A stretch of 63,673 nucleotides of DNA from an uncultured Lachnospiraceae bacterium (lineage in GTDB: Bacteria; Bacillota; Clostridia; Lachnospirales; Lachnospiraceae). Positions 8,870 to 18,758 of the stretch are shown piece after piece. Below the pieces are notes generated by a model that was given only the letters and a program-made list of their open reading frames with translations, was not told the DNA's origin and searched no databases. The translations under genes were made by a program, and so were the position numbers. How positions within the stretch are numbered: position 1 is the first letter of the stretch; each line of letters opens with the position of its first letter. The stretch covers positions 1 through 63,673 of the forward strand of contig CAYJHO010000005.1 of the NCBI GenBank assembly GCA_964369945.1. The letters run 5' to 3'.

Positions 8870-9796
8870 TCACTTTCTTTTGTCTAGCTGCATTTGTATT
8901 CTAATATCTGGGCCAGACAGTTTACATAATTTAAAATTCTGTATCATTCTAGATGCAATTCGATCTGAATAGCGATCTTTAATTTCTGCCAAGTTTAAAT
9001 TGGTAGAAATTATGGTAGCTTGTCCTTTTAAGCTACGCTCTGTTAAAAAGGAAAAAAGAGCGCTAGTGACAAAACTATTTGTCATTTCAGAGCCTAAATC
9101 GTCGATTATTACCAAATCATAATTGTACAATTCATTGACCCCGTTGTAAAGAGTATTTTTGTGAAGTATGTCAAAAAAAGCAATACTACTAAAATACACT
9201 ACACTATAAGCCTTGTCTATTAGCTCTTTTGCTATACATCCAGATAAAAAAGATTTACCACAACCAACGGTTCCATAGAATAGAATATTGGATTTTTCTT
9301 TTGGAAAGTTGGATATCATAGCTTTACTTGCTTCTAAGGCTTTCTGAAATAGAGCTAAGGATTCACCTTCATAGTAATCGTATGATAAGTGTTTAAAATT
9401 GTTTTTCTCAATCATAGAACAAATTCCAGATTGATTGTATAAAAGGTCCGTAATCTTTTTCTGTAGGCAAGTACAGCGTTTGTTGTTTACAAAACCAGTA
9501 TCTTTACATTTCGTACAGGTAAAAATAGGTTCTAAATGATCCAAAGAATATCCATGACTAGTGAGTATACTTTGTTTCTGCTCTTTTAAGAGGGAAAGCT
9601 CCTTCTTGTAGTCAAAACTGGTATCTCCGCTAGCATGTCTTACACTCAACTGAGCGATTTGCCTAGATAGCATCGAGTACTCAGGTAGAGCCACAGAAAT
9701 TTCTTCATGACGCTTGGCCAAGATTCTTCTGTTCTGTTCTCTTACTCCATCATATTCGTTCAAAATTGCTTGCATTTTGTTGTTATCGATGATCAA
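8870..9796 (-). CDS. dnaI: DnaI/DnaC-like replicative helicase loader ATPase
   Basis: The N-terminal Cys cluster is CTKCKDTGF...CTC. Walker A is GTVGCGKSFL and Walker B is LVIIDDLG. The gene lies directly downstream of a DnaD-domain gene. Confidence 0.7.
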   Translation of the reverse strand: MIIDNNKMQAILNEYDGVREQNRRILAKRHEEISVALPEYSMLSRQIAQLSVRHASGDTSFDYKKELSLLKEQKQSILTSHGYSLDHLEPIFTCTKCKDTGFVNNKRCTCLQKKITDLLYNQSGICSMIEKNNFKHLSYDYYEGESLALFQKALEASKAMISNFPKEKSNILFYGTVGCGKSFLSGCIAKELIDKAYSVVYFSSIAFFDILHKNTLYNGVNELYNYDLVIIDDLGSEMTNSFVTSALFSFLTERSLKGQATIISTNLNLAEIKDRYSDRIASRMIQNFKLCKLSGPDIRIQMQLDKRK

Positions 9797-9811
9797 TGGA
9801 AACCTCCATAG

Positions 9812-10876
9812 TTAAAGCAATTGTTTCTCCAACGCTGCATAGTCTACCGAACCTTGTTGATGTTGTAAGAATGGATTATTATGCACATAGGCTGGAGCAT
9901 GTTTGCTTGTATTATTGTTATAGTTTTTCTTTTGGTAGTTGGCATCAGCCTTCGGAATATCTGAGCTGTGATGAATTCCTTGTCCATGCCAAGATTGTAA
10001 TATTTTATCAGCATAGGCAAAACGATTGTTGTCAGTAGCAAGTACGGTACGTTTACAAGCTTCTAAAATGACATCCGGTTCAAAACTATACTCAGAATAC
10101 CAACGATTGATATAGTCGACTTCACTGCTAGCAGGAGTTCCATTTTTGCCAAGTGCACTCATGATAGAGTATATCTTCTTCGAATACTTACTCACATTTT
10201 CCTTAGCTTGTTCAGGAGAATGGATGCCATCGCTAGCCCAAGAACGAGCAGTAGCTTCTATGTATTTCATACTCTTCTTACCGCGTTCCGCGCAATATTC
10301 TAATAAATACTCTAAGAGATCATCCGAAAACTTTAAATATTCACGAATAAAGAGTAAACTTTCCAAATCAGCTTTTGTTAAGGTTCTCGCTATATAGGTT
10401 TCTGCTAAAAAGCTTAGATTATTAAAAGCATCTGAAGCAGTTAAAGTATCGAATTCATCCCTACTAAAATGGGGTCTTTCCTTTGCAAGGTCCAAGGCAG
10501 CTTTCTCTTTATTCCCAGGAAGTGGGGCGATAGTAGAAGGAACTTTTGTATCCTCGGCTTTCACTGGCTTTGCTTGCTTAAGCTCCACTTGCTTTGTTGC
10601 TTCCGTTAAAGAGTCAGTAGCTTGTACCTCTCCTAATTTCAAGAGACCCTTTTTCACCCAAAATTGTATGGCGCGCTGAATGTCTTTCTCTGTTTCATTG
10701 AAGTGATCAGCCATAAGAGAGACGTTGATAGCATTCTCACAGTTGGCATGTCTTAATAAATATAAATATACCTTTAACTGCAATTCATTACCAGATAACA
10801 TGTCTTCATCAATAAATGAATTTGGTACAATGGTTGCGCTAGGTATGGTTAAAAGTTGTACGTTGATAGTTCCCAT
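9812..10876 (-). CDS. DnaD-domain replication initiation / primosome protein (DnaB/DnaD family)
   Basis: There are two DnaB_2/DnaD-type repeats: YIEATARSWASDGIHSPEQA and YADKILQSWHGQGIHHSSDI. The N-terminus looks like a winged helix. Confidence 0.75.
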   Translation of the reverse strand: MGTINVQLLTIPSATIVPNSFIDEDMLSGNELQLKVYLYLLRHANCENAINVSLMADHFNETEKDIQRAIQFWVKKGLLKLGEVQATDSLTEATKQVELKQAKPVKAEDTKVPSTIAPLPGNKEKAALDLAKERPHFSRDEFDTLTASDAFNNLSFLAETYIARTLTKADLESLLFIREYLKFSDDLLEYLLEYCAERGKKSMKYIEATARSWASDGIHSPEQAKENVSKYSKKIYSIMSALGKNGTPASSEVDYINRWYSEYSFEPDVILEACKRTVLATDNNRFAYADKILQSWHGQGIHHSSDIPKADANYQKKNYNNNTSKHAPAYVHNNPFLQHQQGSVDYAALEKQLL

Positions 10877-10948
10877 AAAATCACCTTATTTCCTCAATAG
10901 TAGAGTGATTATAGCATATCCAAAAGAGAATGCAAAGCGCCAAAATTC

Positions 10949-11009
10949 CGTGGATTTGTGGACAACTATGTGGATTTATGGATTTTAGCTTCTGTGGATT
11001 TGTGGACAA
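10949..11009. promoter_or_regulatory. Cluster of DnaA-box-like repeats upstream of the dnaD/dnaI operon
   Basis: The repeat units are CGTGGATTTGTGGACAA (10949-10965), TGTGGATTTATGGATTTT (10969-10986) and TGTGGATTTGTGGACAA (10993-11009). TGTGGACAA is the complement of TTGTCCACA, one mismatch from the DnaA box TTATCCACA. Confidence 0.5.
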
Positions 11010-12389
11010 TTAAATACCAAGTAAGGTATCACCGACCTTGGATATATCCCCCGCCCCCATAGTTATCAACATATCACCGTGGATACAATTTTCTAATAAA
11101 AATTTTTCTATTTCGTGAAAAGTGCTAAAATAGTAGCATTCCTTGCCAAGCTTCTTAAGTTCTGTTAACAAATCTTCAGAACTAATGCCAAGATCATCCG
11201 TTTCACGCGCAGGATAAATCTCACTTAGTACAATACGATCTGCAATGGAGAGTGCATGAGCAAAATCCCTCATAAATGCTTTGGTTCTAGTATAGGTATG
11301 GGGCTGGAAAATACACCAAATATTGTTATGTGGATGTTGTCTAGCCGCGCCTAAGGTTGCTAAGATTTCTGTTGGATGGTGTGCATAATCATCAATAATT
11401 GTGATTCCTGCTAAATCACCTTTGTATTCAAAACGGCGTTGGCTTCCTGTAAAGGCAGTAAGTGCTTTTAAGGATATCTCACGGTCAATCTGAATAAAAT
11501 CGGCAAGAGCTAGTGCAGCTAAAGCATTGTGGAAGTTGTACATTCCAGGCACATTAAGTTGTAATCTGAATTCTTCTTGATTCGGTGCAGATACAACAGC
11601 TGTAACTTTTGCTTTGCTATTAATTGATGTGTGGATTGGATGGTAGTCACTGCTAGAATTGCTACCTACAGTAATGACCTTGCATTTCAAGTCTTTAGTA
11701 ATTTCAGTGTAGTCATCAATATCCCCATTGATAATCAAAAGCCCATCTGCTGGTAATAATTGCGCGAACTTGCGGAAAGAGGCGCGAATTTCATGAATGT
11801 CTTTGAAAAAGTCCATGTGATCTTCATCAATATTAAGAATCACCCCAATTTTAGGAGAAAAACTTAAAAAGCTATTGGTATATTCACATGCTTCTGTAAC
11901 AAAATATTCTGGGCCACCAATACGAATATTCCCACCTATCGACGTTAGTATACCACCAATAGAGAGAGTAGGATCCGTATCCGCAGCTAGAAGAATCTCG
12001 GAAAGCATCGAAGTTGTAGTTGTCTTGCCATGGGTGCCACTAATAGCAATAGGCCAATTATAGTTTTTCATCATTTGCCCCAATAGCTCGGCTCTAGATA
12101 GGATTGGAATATTGAATTCTAGTGCCTTTTGATATTCTGGATTGTCCTGTCCAATGGCGCTGGTATAAACAAAACAATCGATGTCTTTTGAAATGTTAGT
12201 ATCAACCTGCCCAATGTAGATTTTAATTCCCTTTGCTGCAAGAGAATCTGTTAGTGATGAGGATCGCATATCAGATCCAGAAATTTGGAATCCTTTATCA
12301 AGCAAAACTTCTGCTAATCCTGACATACTAATGCCGCCAATGCCACAAAAATAAAAATGTTCCGGTCTGGAAAAATCAATTTGATGCAT
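11010..12389 (-). CDS. murC: UDP-N-acetylmuramate--L-alanine ligase
   Basis: Mur ligase motifs are present: GIGGISMSGLA and GTHGKTTTT. The 459-aa layout is typical of MurC. Confidence 0.95.
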   Translation of the reverse strand: MHQIDFSRPEHFYFCGIGGISMSGLAEVLLDKGFQISGSDMRSSSLTDSLAAKGIKIYIGQVDTNISKDIDCFVYTSAIGQDNPEYQKALEFNIPILSRAELLGQMMKNYNWPIAISGTHGKTTTTSMLSEILLAADTDPTLSIGGILTSIGGNIRIGGPEYFVTEACEYTNSFLSFSPKIGVILNIDEDHMDFFKDIHEIRASFRKFAQLLPADGLLIINGDIDDYTEITKDLKCKVITVGSNSSSDYHPIHTSINSKAKVTAVVSAPNQEEFRLQLNVPGMYNFHNALAALALADFIQIDREISLKALTAFTGSQRRFEYKGDLAGITIIDDYAHHPTEILATLGAARQHPHNNIWCIFQPHTYTRTKAFMRDFAHALSIADRIVLSEIYPARETDDLGISSEDLLTELKKLGKECYYFSTFHEIEKFLLENCIHGDMLITMGAGDISKVGDTLLGI

Positions 12390-12566
12390 AGGAACCCCCT
12401 GTAAATTTATTTTATATTTGTATTATATAACTTATAGAAGGAAAATACAAATAAAATAAATATATAAGATATCTCTAAAATTTATTGATAAGAGGCACAT
12501 TTATAATGGGAAAAAACATAAAAAATATAGTTTATTATAAAAAAATAAAAAAATATTAAAAAAAAC

Positions 12567-12593
12567 GGAACGAAAATAGGGTGACAATCGTTA
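12567..12593 (+). promoter_or_regulatory. ECF-sigma-type promoter-like motif (GGAAC-N17-CGTTA)
   Basis: GGAAC lies at 12567-12571 and CGTTA at 12589-12593, separated by a 17-nt spacer. The motif is about 60 nt upstream of the ATG at 12655. The motifs are short and the background is very AT-rich. Confidence 0.3.
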
Positions 12594-12654
12594 TATATAA
12601 TGTTGGGATTATTACAGGCTTCGTTTTTTTCGAAGAAAGGTGATTTAGGAAGAG

Positions 12655-13371
12655 ATGTTTGTGAATAGAGAGTTTACTAGAATAGTAAGAGAAGAAATGG
12701 AAACAGATGAAATTTTTGTGTGTAATGAAGGGGAAAAGAAAATAGAGTTTCGTCCGGGTTTTCATGATAAAATGCGAAAGGAGATTGAAAAAGCTATAAA
12801 AGCGGCAGAACAAGCTGAAAAGAAACGCATCAGGCTAAGCCATGTGAAAAGAGCAAGCGCTGCAGTGTTTGTTGTTGGGCTTATCTGGTCTTGGCAAAAT
12901 GTTATGCCGGATTCTAATATTCACTCTTCGGAATTCGAGATACCTATCTTTGAATGGCTTGATGATAATTTTATACTAAAAGAGGGGAACTTTGATTCGG
13001 AAACAAACAAGATAGAAACTATCGAAGATTTCACGATGGAACAGATTCGTTATGTGCCAGAAGGATATAGCCTGTTTTTAGACTATGAAGGAGAATTTGC
13101 AAAATTTTTCACTTGCCGAAGTGAAGAGACAATAATAGATATTAAAGTTTCAGAAGTTAATATTACGATGCAAATTGATCATGAAGGAATGCATGAGGGC
13201 TTTGGTTACAGTAGTCAGGGAATCGAATATAATAAATACTTAATGGAAGATGAAGAGGTATATTATATTGTGTGGGAACAAGGAGATATTGTCTGTCAAA
13301 TAACAGGTCGAGTTCCGATAGAAGTCTTGATAGACATAATGGAAGGAATTCTAAATGAGGAGAAGGTATGA
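12655..13371 (+). CDS. Single-pass membrane protein with a DUF4367-like extracytoplasmic domain (type associated with anti-sigma factors)
   Basis: One TM segment is present (AAVFVVGLIWSW). The C-terminal pattern is YVPEGYSL...YYIVWEQGDIVCQITG. The N-terminal FRPGFHDKMRKEI segment is typical of this family. Confidence 0.55.
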   Translation: MFVNREFTRIVREEMETDEIFVCNEGEKKIEFRPGFHDKMRKEIEKAIKAAEQAEKKRIRLSHVKRASAAVFVVGLIWSWQNVMPDSNIHSSEFEIPIFEWLDDNFILKEGNFDSETNKIETIEDFTMEQIRYVPEGYSLFLDYEGEFAKFFTCRSEETIIDIKVSEVNITMQIDHEGMHEGFGYSSQGIEYNKYLMEDEEVYYIVWEQGDIVCQITGRVPIEVLIDIMEGILNEEKV

Positions 13372-13829
13372 TGAGAAAACTTAAGAATGTAGTATGTATC
13401 GTAATGATAGCAGTATGCTTAGTAATGCCAAGTATTACAGGAAGTAATGGTGTATCCGCAGAAGAAGCAGGAAGTGGAAATGGTGGCGAAGGATCAGTGG
13501 CACCAGGGATAGACTTGCAATTTGATAATTTATATGGGTTAACGTTAAATGTTGGATTTACATCCGATCGAGAATTAATAGCTGGAATCATAATGCAGAG
13601 TGCACCATATACCACAGGATTTCGTGGTATCCTAAGAATCTGTAAGTTGGATGGTTCTACCTTGGTGAGTTTAGGGTTCAATGACCAAGAGTATCCATAT
13701 GTAAAGGAAGTGTCTTATGACGCAACACAAGGTCAAAGCTATTATATTGAATTTTATGGATATGTAGCGGCAGAAGGGAAGGAAGAGGAGTACGTACAAA
13801 TTAGTACGACTACAACACCTTGCCCGTAA
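13368..13829 (+). CDS. Small secreted protein of unknown function
   Basis: The signal peptide is VVCIVMIAVCLVMPSITGSNGVSA. The start overlaps the upstream stop (ATGATGA). I recognise no domain. Confidence 0.55.
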   Translation: MMRKLKNVVCIVMIAVCLVMPSITGSNGVSAEEAGSGNGGEGSVAPGIDLQFDNLYGLTLNVGFTSDRELIAGIIMQSAPYTTGFRGILRICKLDGSTLVSLGFNDQEYPYVKEVSYDATQGQSYYIEFYGYVAAEGKEEEYVQISTTTTPCP

Positions 13830-13866
13830 GGAAAAGATAGTAAAAGTGTCCAAGGGGAATGAATGT

Positions 13867-13892
13867 AGGCGAGCTCAGAGAGCTCGCCTTTT
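13867..13892. terminator. Intrinsic terminator
   Basis: AGGCGAGCTC-AGA-GAGCTCGCCT forms a perfect 10-bp stem and is followed by TTTTC. Confidence 0.8.
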
Positions 13893-13943
13893 CGTATGTA
13901 GAAAAGATGAAAAAAAGAATCATCATAGAAAGATAGATTGATT

Positions 13944-14222
13944 TTAGGATACCGTCTCTAGCATGCTTTTTAGTGCACAGAGTGAACTTGAGTGAGAGCG
14001 CATAACTTTTGCATTACATCGTTTGGCTTCACAATTTGCACAGGCAATCAATTTGTGTGAAACAGTATTGGTGAAAAGTACAATAAGATCTGGGGAACCA
14101 AATTTACATTTCACATCCCTTTTCATCTTTGTGAAAACCTTAGCTTTGTAGCCATATTCTTTGCAAGTATCTATATATCTACGCTCCATACATTCATTAC
14201 CACCAACAATTACAATACTCAT
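13944..14222 (-). CDS. DUF2325-like small protein
   Basis: The 92-aa ORF has the pattern IVGGN...DLIVLFTNTVSHK...A, typical of DUF2325 proteins. Confidence 0.6.
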   Translation of the reverse strand: MSIVIVGGNECMERRYIDTCKEYGYKAKVFTKMKRDVKCKFGSPDLIVLFTNTVSHKLIACANCEAKRCNAKVMRSHSSSLCALKSMLETVS

Positions 14223-14399
14223 AAGGATACCTCATCTTTCTATTAGTCAATACTAACTCAATGTTAAAAAAATAGATTCAAAGGTTAGATTCAACTAACC
14301 ATGATATAAATATAATAGTTTTCCCATCATTTGTCAAGAGCTAGTAATTGCTAATTAGATTTAGTATACTTGAGAAATATGGGGATAAAGGAGAAAAGT

Positions 14400-15086
14400 A
14401 TGGAGCATAGAATATTAGTCATGGATGGGGTTAGTTTACCGTATCAGCTCACTAGAAAAAAAGTAAAAAACATCAATTTAAGAGTGAAGATGGATGGGAC
14501 GGTATCCGTGTCGGCACATCCTAATGTTAGCTTAGAAGTGATAGAGAGTTTTCTTAAAAGTAAGTGGAACATGATTTGGGACTTTAAGGAGAAGGCAGAA
14601 AAGAAAATCGAAAAAACAGAAGGGACTTCAATCGTTTACTTGTTAGGGAAAGCCTTAGAATTGCAGATAGAACAGGGAGAGTTAGAAGGGGTCGTTGTAG
14701 AAGGGAATATTCTACGGTTGATTACAAGAAAACCCGAACATGCTAAGAGAAATGAAAGAATGCTAGAAGAATATTATCTACGTCTTTGCGAAAAGGTATT
14801 TTTAGAAATTATTCAGGAAATCTATCCCTTTTTTAAATCCTTAGGAATCTGTTTTCCCACTTGGGATATTAAGAAGTGGAAGAGTCGTTGGGGTGTTTGT
14901 ATACCTAGTGAAAAGAAGATTGTATTAAATCGCTATTTGATTCATAAGGATAGGCGCTGTATTGAGTATGTAGTGTTACATGAGTTTGCACATTTTCTTG
15001 TGCCTAACCATTCCAAAGATTTTTATCAATTAGTAGAAAAATTTATGCCTGACTATAAAGAAAGGCGGAACCTGTTGAAGTTATAA
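14400..15086 (+). CDS. YgjP-like (DUF45 / M48-type) metal-dependent hydrolase
   Basis: The HEXXH motif is LHEFAHFLVPNHSKDFY, and RWGVC is present. AAGGAG precedes the ATG at 14400. Confidence 0.75.
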   Translation: MEHRILVMDGVSLPYQLTRKKVKNINLRVKMDGTVSVSAHPNVSLEVIESFLKSKWNMIWDFKEKAEKKIEKTEGTSIVYLLGKALELQIEQGELEGVVVEGNILRLITRKPEHAKRNERMLEEYYLRLCEKVFLEIIQEIYPFFKSLGICFPTWDIKKWKSRWGVCIPSEKKIVLNRYLIHKDRRCIEYVVLHEFAHFLVPNHSKDFYQLVEKFMPDYKERRNLLKL

Positions 15087-15255
15087 GGATAAGAAAATAG
15101 GGTGTTTCGCAATTTACCACGTTAATATATTGAAAATTTTGTGGTAAATACACAAAAAGACATTTGCGAAATCGTGCAAACTAGACAAAAATTTCGAATT
15201 GATTATCAATTGCAGGTAAAATCTATAAAATTGTATTCACTTTTCCAAGTTCTTA

Positions 15256-15294
15256 TGTTATAATTTTTACACATGTTTGACAAGTTATCAAACA
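15256..15294 (+). promoter_or_regulatory. Extended -10 promoter (TGTTATAAT) followed by the palindrome TGTTTGA-N7-TCAAACA, upstream of glgC
   Basis: TGTTATAAT lies at 15256-15264. A 7-bp inverted repeat lies at 15274-15294, about 10 nt downstream of the -10 element. Confidence 0.4.
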
Positions 15295-15330
15295 CAGAAA
15301 AATAGCTAGAAGACAAGAAGGGGTGGCATT

Positions 15331-16605
15331 ATGGTAAAAAAGGAAATGATCGCTATGTTACTTGCAGGAGGACAAGGTAGCCGTCTAGGAGTACTAACAA
15401 CAAAAGTTGCAAAACCAGCAGTATCATTTGGGGGAAAGTACCGCATTATTGACTTTCCATTGAGTAACTGTATCAATTCAGGCGTGGATACAGTAGGAGT
15501 TTTAACACAATATCAACCACTGAGACTCAACAGCCACATAGGCATCGGGATACCATGGGACTTAGACAAAAATGTTGGTGGAGTAAGTGTATTACCACCA
15601 TATGAGAAAAACAAGAATAGTGAATGGTATACAGGGACTGCAAATGCTATTTATCAAAACATCGATTATATGGAAAGTTTTAATCCTGAATATGTAATTA
15701 TTCTATCCGGAGACCATATTTATAAGATGGATTATGAGGTAATGCTTGATTACCATAAGGAAAAGGGCGCAGAAGTAAGTATTGCAGTTATGCCAGTTCC
15801 TTGGGAGGAAGCTAGCCGATTTGGAATTATGATTACAGATGAAAATCGACAGATCGTAGATTTTGAAGAAAAGCCTGAAAATCCTAGAAGCAATTTAGCT
15901 TCTATGGGTATTTATATCTTCAATTGGAGCACATTAAAGGAAGCACTGATTGCAAATGAAAATCAAGCAAACTTAGATTTTGGTATGCACGTGATTCCAT
16001 ATGTACATGAGAAAAAAGCACCATTATATGCTTATGAATTTACCGGATATTGGAAAGATGTAGGAACCTTAAATTCATATTGGGAAGCCAATATGGAATT
16101 AATTGATTTAGTTCCTGAATTTAACCTTTATGAAGAGTATTGGAAAATATATACCAATTATGATTTATTACCACCACAGTACATATCAGGGGATAGCAAG
16201 ATAGAGAAAACCATTATAGGAGAGGGAACTGAGATCTATGGTGAGGTCTACAACTCGGTGATTGGTTGTGGAGTTACGATAGGAGAAGGAACCGTTGTTC
16301 GTGATTCTATTATTATGAACCATACTAAAATTGGGGATCATTGCCAATTAAATAAAGCAATTATCGCAGAAGAAGTAGTGGTAGGAAATGATGTGAAAAT
16401 GGGAGAATTTGAAGAAGTAGAAAACGAAACACATCCACATATTTATAGTCACGGAATTTCTTGCATTGGTGAGAGAAGTATCGTGCCAGATGGTATTACC
16501 ATTGGCAAGAATACAGTTATTTTTGGTACAACAACAAGCGCTGATTATGAAGATAGTTGTCTCATGAGTGGCAAATCATTAATTAAGACGGGGGATAAAT
16601 CATGA
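15331..16605 (+). CDS. glgC: Glucose-1-phosphate adenylyltransferase
   Basis: The N-terminus is [14 protein letters not shown]. The ORF contains [15 protein letters not shown] and WYTGTANA, with a C-terminal left-handed beta-helix region. Confidence 0.95.
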   Translation: MVKKEMIAMLLAGGQGSRLGVLTTKVAKPAVSFGGKYRIIDFPLSNCINSGVDTVGVLTQYQPLRLNSHIGIGIPWDLDKNVGGVSVLPPYEKNKNSEWYTGTANAIYQNIDYMESFNPEYVIILSGDHIYKMDYEVMLDYHKEKGAEVSIAVMPVPWEEASRFGIMITDENRQIVDFEEKPENPRSNLASMGIYIFNWSTLKEALIANENQANLDFGMHVIPYVHEKKAPLYAYEFTGYWKDVGTLNSYWEANMELIDLVPEFNLYEEYWKIYTNYDLLPPQYISGDSKIEKTIIGEGTEIYGEVYNSVIGCGVTIGEGTVVRDSIIMNHTKIGDHCQLNKAIIAEEVVVGNDVKMGEFEEVENETHPHIYSHGISCIGERSIVPDGITIGKNTVIFGTTTSADYEDSCLMSGKSLIKTGDKS

Positions 16606-17717
16606 GAGCTTTAGGAATTATTTTAGCAGGTGGGAATAGCCACCGAATGAGAGTTTTAGCACAGAATAGAGCAATTAGTGCCATGCCTGTTGGCGGAAGC
16701 TATCGTGCCATCGATTTTTCTCTAAGTAATATGACAAATTCAGGAGTACAAAGTGTCTGTGTGTTGACACAATATAATGCAAGAAGTTTAAATAACCATT
16801 TAAGTTCATCTAAGTGGTGGGATTTTGGACGTAAGCAAGGTGGATTATCTGTACTTACTCCTGTTATTACAGCAGAAAACTCAAGCTGGTACCGAGGAAC
16901 GGCAGATGCCATGAATCAAGCTATGTGGAATATTAAACAAAGCCATGAACCATATGTTATTATTGCTTCCGGAGACTGTGTGTATAAGATGGATTATAAT
17001 GCAATGTTAGAATATCATATTTCTAAGAAAGCTGATATCACAATCGCATATAAGCAAATGCCAGAAGATGAGAATATGGAACGTTATGGAGTCGTTAATG
17101 TTGATATCAATGGGAAGGTTACTAATTTTGTGGAAAAGCCTATTGAAACATCTAGCCGTTTAGTTTCTTGTGGTATTTACATATTAAGAAGAAGACAATT
17201 GATTGAGATTCTAGAGAATTGTGCAAAAGAAGGAAGACATGATTTTGTAAGAGATGTTATTATTCGTTTTAAGGATGTGAAAAATATTTGTGGTTATGAA
17301 ATTAAAGACTATTGGGCAAATATTTCTAGCGTAGAGGGCTATTTTAAAACAAATAAGGACTTTTTAAAGAAAGAGGTAAGAGAGTATTTCTTCCAAACTT
17401 ATCCTCGTATTCATACTAAAGTGAGTGATTTACCACCTGCAAAGTACAATGCAGGTTCCTCTGTAAGCAATAGCTTAGTGTCTAGTGGATGTATTATTAA
17501 TGGAACAATCGAAAATTCAGTAGTCTTTAAGAAGGTTTATATAGGGAATAATGTAACCATTAAAAATTCGATTATTTTGAATGATGTTTATATTGGAGAC
17601 AATACACACATAGAAAATTGCATAGTGGAAAGCCGAGACACCATTAGAGCAAACTCAACTTTAATAGGAGAGGGCGAAATCAAACTCATTATGAATGACA
17701 ATGATTCGCATGTTTAG
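16602..17717 (+). CDS. glgD: Glucose-1-phosphate adenylyltransferase regulatory subunit
   Basis: This is a GlgC paralogue ([18 protein letters not shown]). Its start overlaps the glgC stop, the typical Firmicutes glgCD arrangement. Confidence 0.9.
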   Translation: MRALGIILAGGNSHRMRVLAQNRAISAMPVGGSYRAIDFSLSNMTNSGVQSVCVLTQYNARSLNNHLSSSKWWDFGRKQGGLSVLTPVITAENSSWYRGTADAMNQAMWNIKQSHEPYVIIASGDCVYKMDYNAMLEYHISKKADITIAYKQMPEDENMERYGVVNVDINGKVTNFVEKPIETSSRLVSCGIYILRRRQLIEILENCAKEGRHDFVRDVIIRFKDVKNICGYEIKDYWANISSVEGYFKTNKDFLKKEVREYFFQTYPRIHTKVSDLPPAKYNAGSSVSNSLVSSGCIINGTIENSVVFKKVYIGNNVTIKNSIILNDVYIGDNTHIENCIVESRDTIRANSTLIGEGEIKLIMNDNDSHV

Positions 17718-17768
17718 GAAAACGACAAAAGCAAGGTAAATTTAGCCAACGTGAGGGAGATCACTAAT

Positions 17769-18044
17769 ATGAAAATTACAGATGTACGTGTAAGAAAAAT
17801 TTCTGCTGAAGGGAAAATGAAAGCAGTTGTATCTATCACTATTGATGATGCATTTGCAATTCATGACATCAAGGTTATTGAAGGAGACAAAGGATTATTT
17901 ATAGCTATGCCTAGTAAGAAAAGTGCAGATGGCGAATACAGAGATATCGCTCATCCAATCAATACTGAAACACGTAGCGACTTACAAAATCTGATTTTAG
18001 ATGCATACGAGAGAATGCTAGAAGAATCAGAGGAGAATATTTAA
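17769..18044 (+). CDS. spoVG: Septation / sporulation regulator SpoVG
   Basis: [11 protein letters not shown]...[21 protein letters not shown] is near-canonical SpoVG. A GAGGGAG RBS is present. Confidence 0.95.
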   Translation: MKITDVRVRKISAEGKMKAVVSITIDDAFAIHDIKVIEGDKGLFIAMPSKKSADGEYRDIAHPINTETRSDLQNLILDAYERMLEESEENI

Positions 18045-18100
18045 GCAGTATTTATTGGAATTACAACAGGTAATTTCTTTCTGAGGTTAGTTTCGGCTTA

Positions 18101-18130
18101 AAAAGTTCCAGTTTTCTGGAACTTTTTTTT
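18101..18130 (+). terminator. Intrinsic terminator after spoVG
   Basis: AAAAGTTCCAG-TTTT-CTGGAACTTTT is followed by a T-run. Confidence 0.85.
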
Positions 18131-18195
18131 ATGCAAATTGACAGAAACCAAGTTTGTTGATACTCTAGAGTATATGCAATGATTTGGAGGTAATA

Positions 18196-18756
18196 ATGTT
18201 TATTATAGTAGGGCTTGGGAATCCAGGAAAAAAATATGATAATACAAGACATAATATTGGTTTTGAGGTGATAGATGCCTTAGCAGAACAATATAATATT
18301 AGTATGATAGAGAAAAAGCATAAAGCACTCATGGGAAAAGGCGTAATTGCAGGAGAAAAGGTTGTACTCTTAAAACCACAAACCTTTATGAATCTGAGTG
18401 GGGAGAGTGTGATAGAAGCACTTCGCTATTACAAGGTAGAGGAATCTTCAGAAATGCTAGTGATTTACGATGATATATCCTTAGTGCCTGGCAAGTTAAG
18501 GATTCGAATCAAAGGAAGTGCGGGAGGACATAATGGAATCAAAAGTATGATTGCACATATTGGGCATGAAAACTTCTATCGAATCAAAGTCGGAGTGGGA
18601 GAAAAGCCAAGAGGATGGGATCTAGCAGATCATGTTCTAGGACATTTTACCACAGAAGAACAAAAGGAGATGAAACAGTCAGTAGATCTTAGTATTAAAG
18701 CAATAGAACTGATTTTATCAGAAGGTATCGATGTGGCAATGAACCGATGTAATTAA
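18196..18756 (+). CDS. pth: Peptidyl-tRNA hydrolase
   Basis: The ORF contains MFIIVGLGNPGKKYDNTRHNIGF and GHNG. GGAGG precedes the ATG at 18196. Confidence 0.95.
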   Translation: MFIIVGLGNPGKKYDNTRHNIGFEVIDALAEQYNISMIEKKHKALMGKGVIAGEKVVLLKPQTFMNLSGESVIEALRYYKVEESSEMLVIYDDISLVPGKLRIRIKGSAGGHNGIKSMIAHIGHENFYRIKVGVGEKPRGWDLADHVLGHFTTEEQKEMKQSVDLSIKAIELILSEGIDVAMNRCN

Positions 18757-18758
18757 AT

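Noticed and set aside
8870-10876. The DnaD-domain plus DnaC/DnaI-like pair as a prophage or plasmid replication module, with the 10949-11009 repeats as iterons.
   Set aside because: The pair is flanked by prs and murC, with no phage, plasmid or recombinase genes nearby. The repeats resemble DnaA boxes. A chromosomal primosome operon is the simpler reading.
12390-12560. A 17-codon ORF (MGKNIKNIVYYKKIKKY) and promoter-like hexamers in the murC upstream AT-rich tract.
   Set aside because: The ORF has no RBS and consists of A-run lysine codons. The TATAAT-like hexamers lack properly spaced -35 partners.
12556-12813. An 85-aa minus-strand ORF across the murC upstream region.
   Set aside because: It lies in extremely AT-rich promoter DNA and overlaps the start of the plus-strand gene at 12655. 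It is rich in F, I and K codons, as expected from A/T runs.
13163-13681. A 172-aa minus-strand ORF overlapping two plus-strand genes.
   Set aside because: It is antisense to two genes that have proper signal, TM and RBS features. It has no RBS and no recognisable domain, so it is a shadow ORF.
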